This document shows positions 62,745 through 64,000 of a stretch of DNA of 64,000 nucleotides, piece by piece (the first letter of the stretch is position 1; each line of letters opens with the position of its first letter). Location: NCBI GenBank assembly GCA_018398765.1, contig JAHBMJ010000113.1, positions 62,001-126,000 of the forward strand, written 5' to 3'. The translations under genes and the position numbers were made by a program. Under the pieces are notes generated by a model. It ran no database searches. It saw nothing but the letters and a program-made list of their open reading frames with translations, and had not been told where the DNA came from. Source of the DNA: Chromera velia. Taxonomy: Eukaryota.

Positions 62745-63360
62745 AGGTCAGCGCCTCCGAATTGTTTTTCTCTTGGGCACTGCATGCTTCCTCAATTGAA
62801 CTTCGATGGTCAAAGAATCGATGGCAAAATTTCGGAAAGAATTGAGTATCGCTGATTTGATCAATGAAGGTGTTAAAAGGTGTTCCAAGAATTTTTGATG
62901 CGTAATGCGAGTCCATCATCAGGAACCGTTGTACAGTCAGAAAGTTTGTTATACAGGGCTGGGGATGAAAAAATCTGCCACGCATGCACACAGGGACATT
63001 CAGAAACAAAGACCGAAAAGGTGGGTAAGGTTGATAACAGAGATTTGTCAACACACATGAACAAGCAAGGTCGAGAAAGGCGCTACTCATGCAATGAGTG
63101 AGATCCTTCATGCGGCAACCCTGTGTCAAAAGAAAAACCTCGATATACTGCAGAAAACTCGGCAACGAGACATTGGAGACTGCACTTTGGGACGTCTTCG
63201 AGGGGAGAGGGGGGATTGGGGAGGTTGTCGTAGCTCTTTGGAGCCTTGAGTCGGACTGCTGAGGGGGAATCAGAAACTGAAGGGTTTGCAAGGAAGGGCG
63301 GCAATCTTTGTAGTCTTCTGATGAAGAGCGCTGCCACTTCCGAGTTTTTGGCACACGTAT
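62745..63360 (+). pseudogene. Unidentified degenerate coding remnant
   Basis: Protein-like frames after a CAG acceptor (MVKESMAKFRKELSIADLINEG; ETALWDVFEG), broken by stops. Confidence 0.25.
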
Positions 63361-64000
63361 GAATGCCCTGGTTCTTCTCTCTCATCCATCCATCCTTTCA
63401 TCGACGCATGTTTCTTCTCTACTTTGGTCAATTAAAAGTCAAAGATTCCCTTCAAGGAGTCTGTCTGTGGTCGCATGCTGTTCGTTGCACGCTTCGGTAG
63501 AAAATTACATGGATCCTCCGTTTTTCACCTTTTATCGACTTTTTCAGCCATGTGCAAGCCAGTCAAGTTTGCGCGGGTGCTCGTAATACCAGGTCCCTGC
63601 CCCGCTGTCACACAGAAAAAGACAGGCTTCCATACGGCCACGCCCGAATTCGAACGACGACCCTCGTACAGTTCTTACCCATATTTCACCCTTCTGTTCG
63701 CTATCTCGACTCTCTGCCTTTTGCCCTTTTCTTCATGAGCGGCACGAGTTTGGATGGGGCTCGTGCTCGTTTCTTGTTGCTGTGCCGCATAAGATGACCG
63801 AATGATTCAAAATCAGAAGAAGAGAGCAATTTTTTCTGTTTTTCTTAGGGGAGAGGTTGCTTTTCCCCAAAAAAGTCTCGTCTTATGGAGGTGGAACCAC
63901 CTGGCATGCACAGTATGAACAAACGAGAGACGTATCGTGTATGTAGTGAAACGAAAACCAAATCGAGCGAGGGACCGGACAGGAGGGGTGAGGGAGGCAG

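Overview
Intron-rich, microsatellite-rich eukaryotic nuclear DNA. It is probably from a chromerid or related alveolate such as Chromera. This is an inference from a bipartite plastid-targeted EF-Ts, an RNI/LRR-like gene and abundant TGCATG motifs. Four apparently intact spliced genes can be reconstructed: a PYM homolog (-), a dual-specificity phosphatase (+), a Cys-less monothiol-glutaredoxin-like protein (-) and plastid EF-Ts (+). The rest is mostly decayed repeats. These are a 4+ copy ~1.2-kb tandem array of a two-exon/two-intron unit, a full-length Ty1/copia LTR retrotransposon (5-bp TSD) with ~2 kb of foreign DNA in place of most of gag, a 5'-truncated LINE, LRR, PPR and kinase pseudogenes, MITE-like and Helitron-like short elements, and minisatellites. 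Two window-wide patterns stand out. First, repeats show a CpA->TpA (TpG->TpA) mutation bias that resembles fungal RIP. Second, short duplications repeatedly copy splice junctions into the adjacent intron. No rRNA, confident tRNA or CRISPR array was found.
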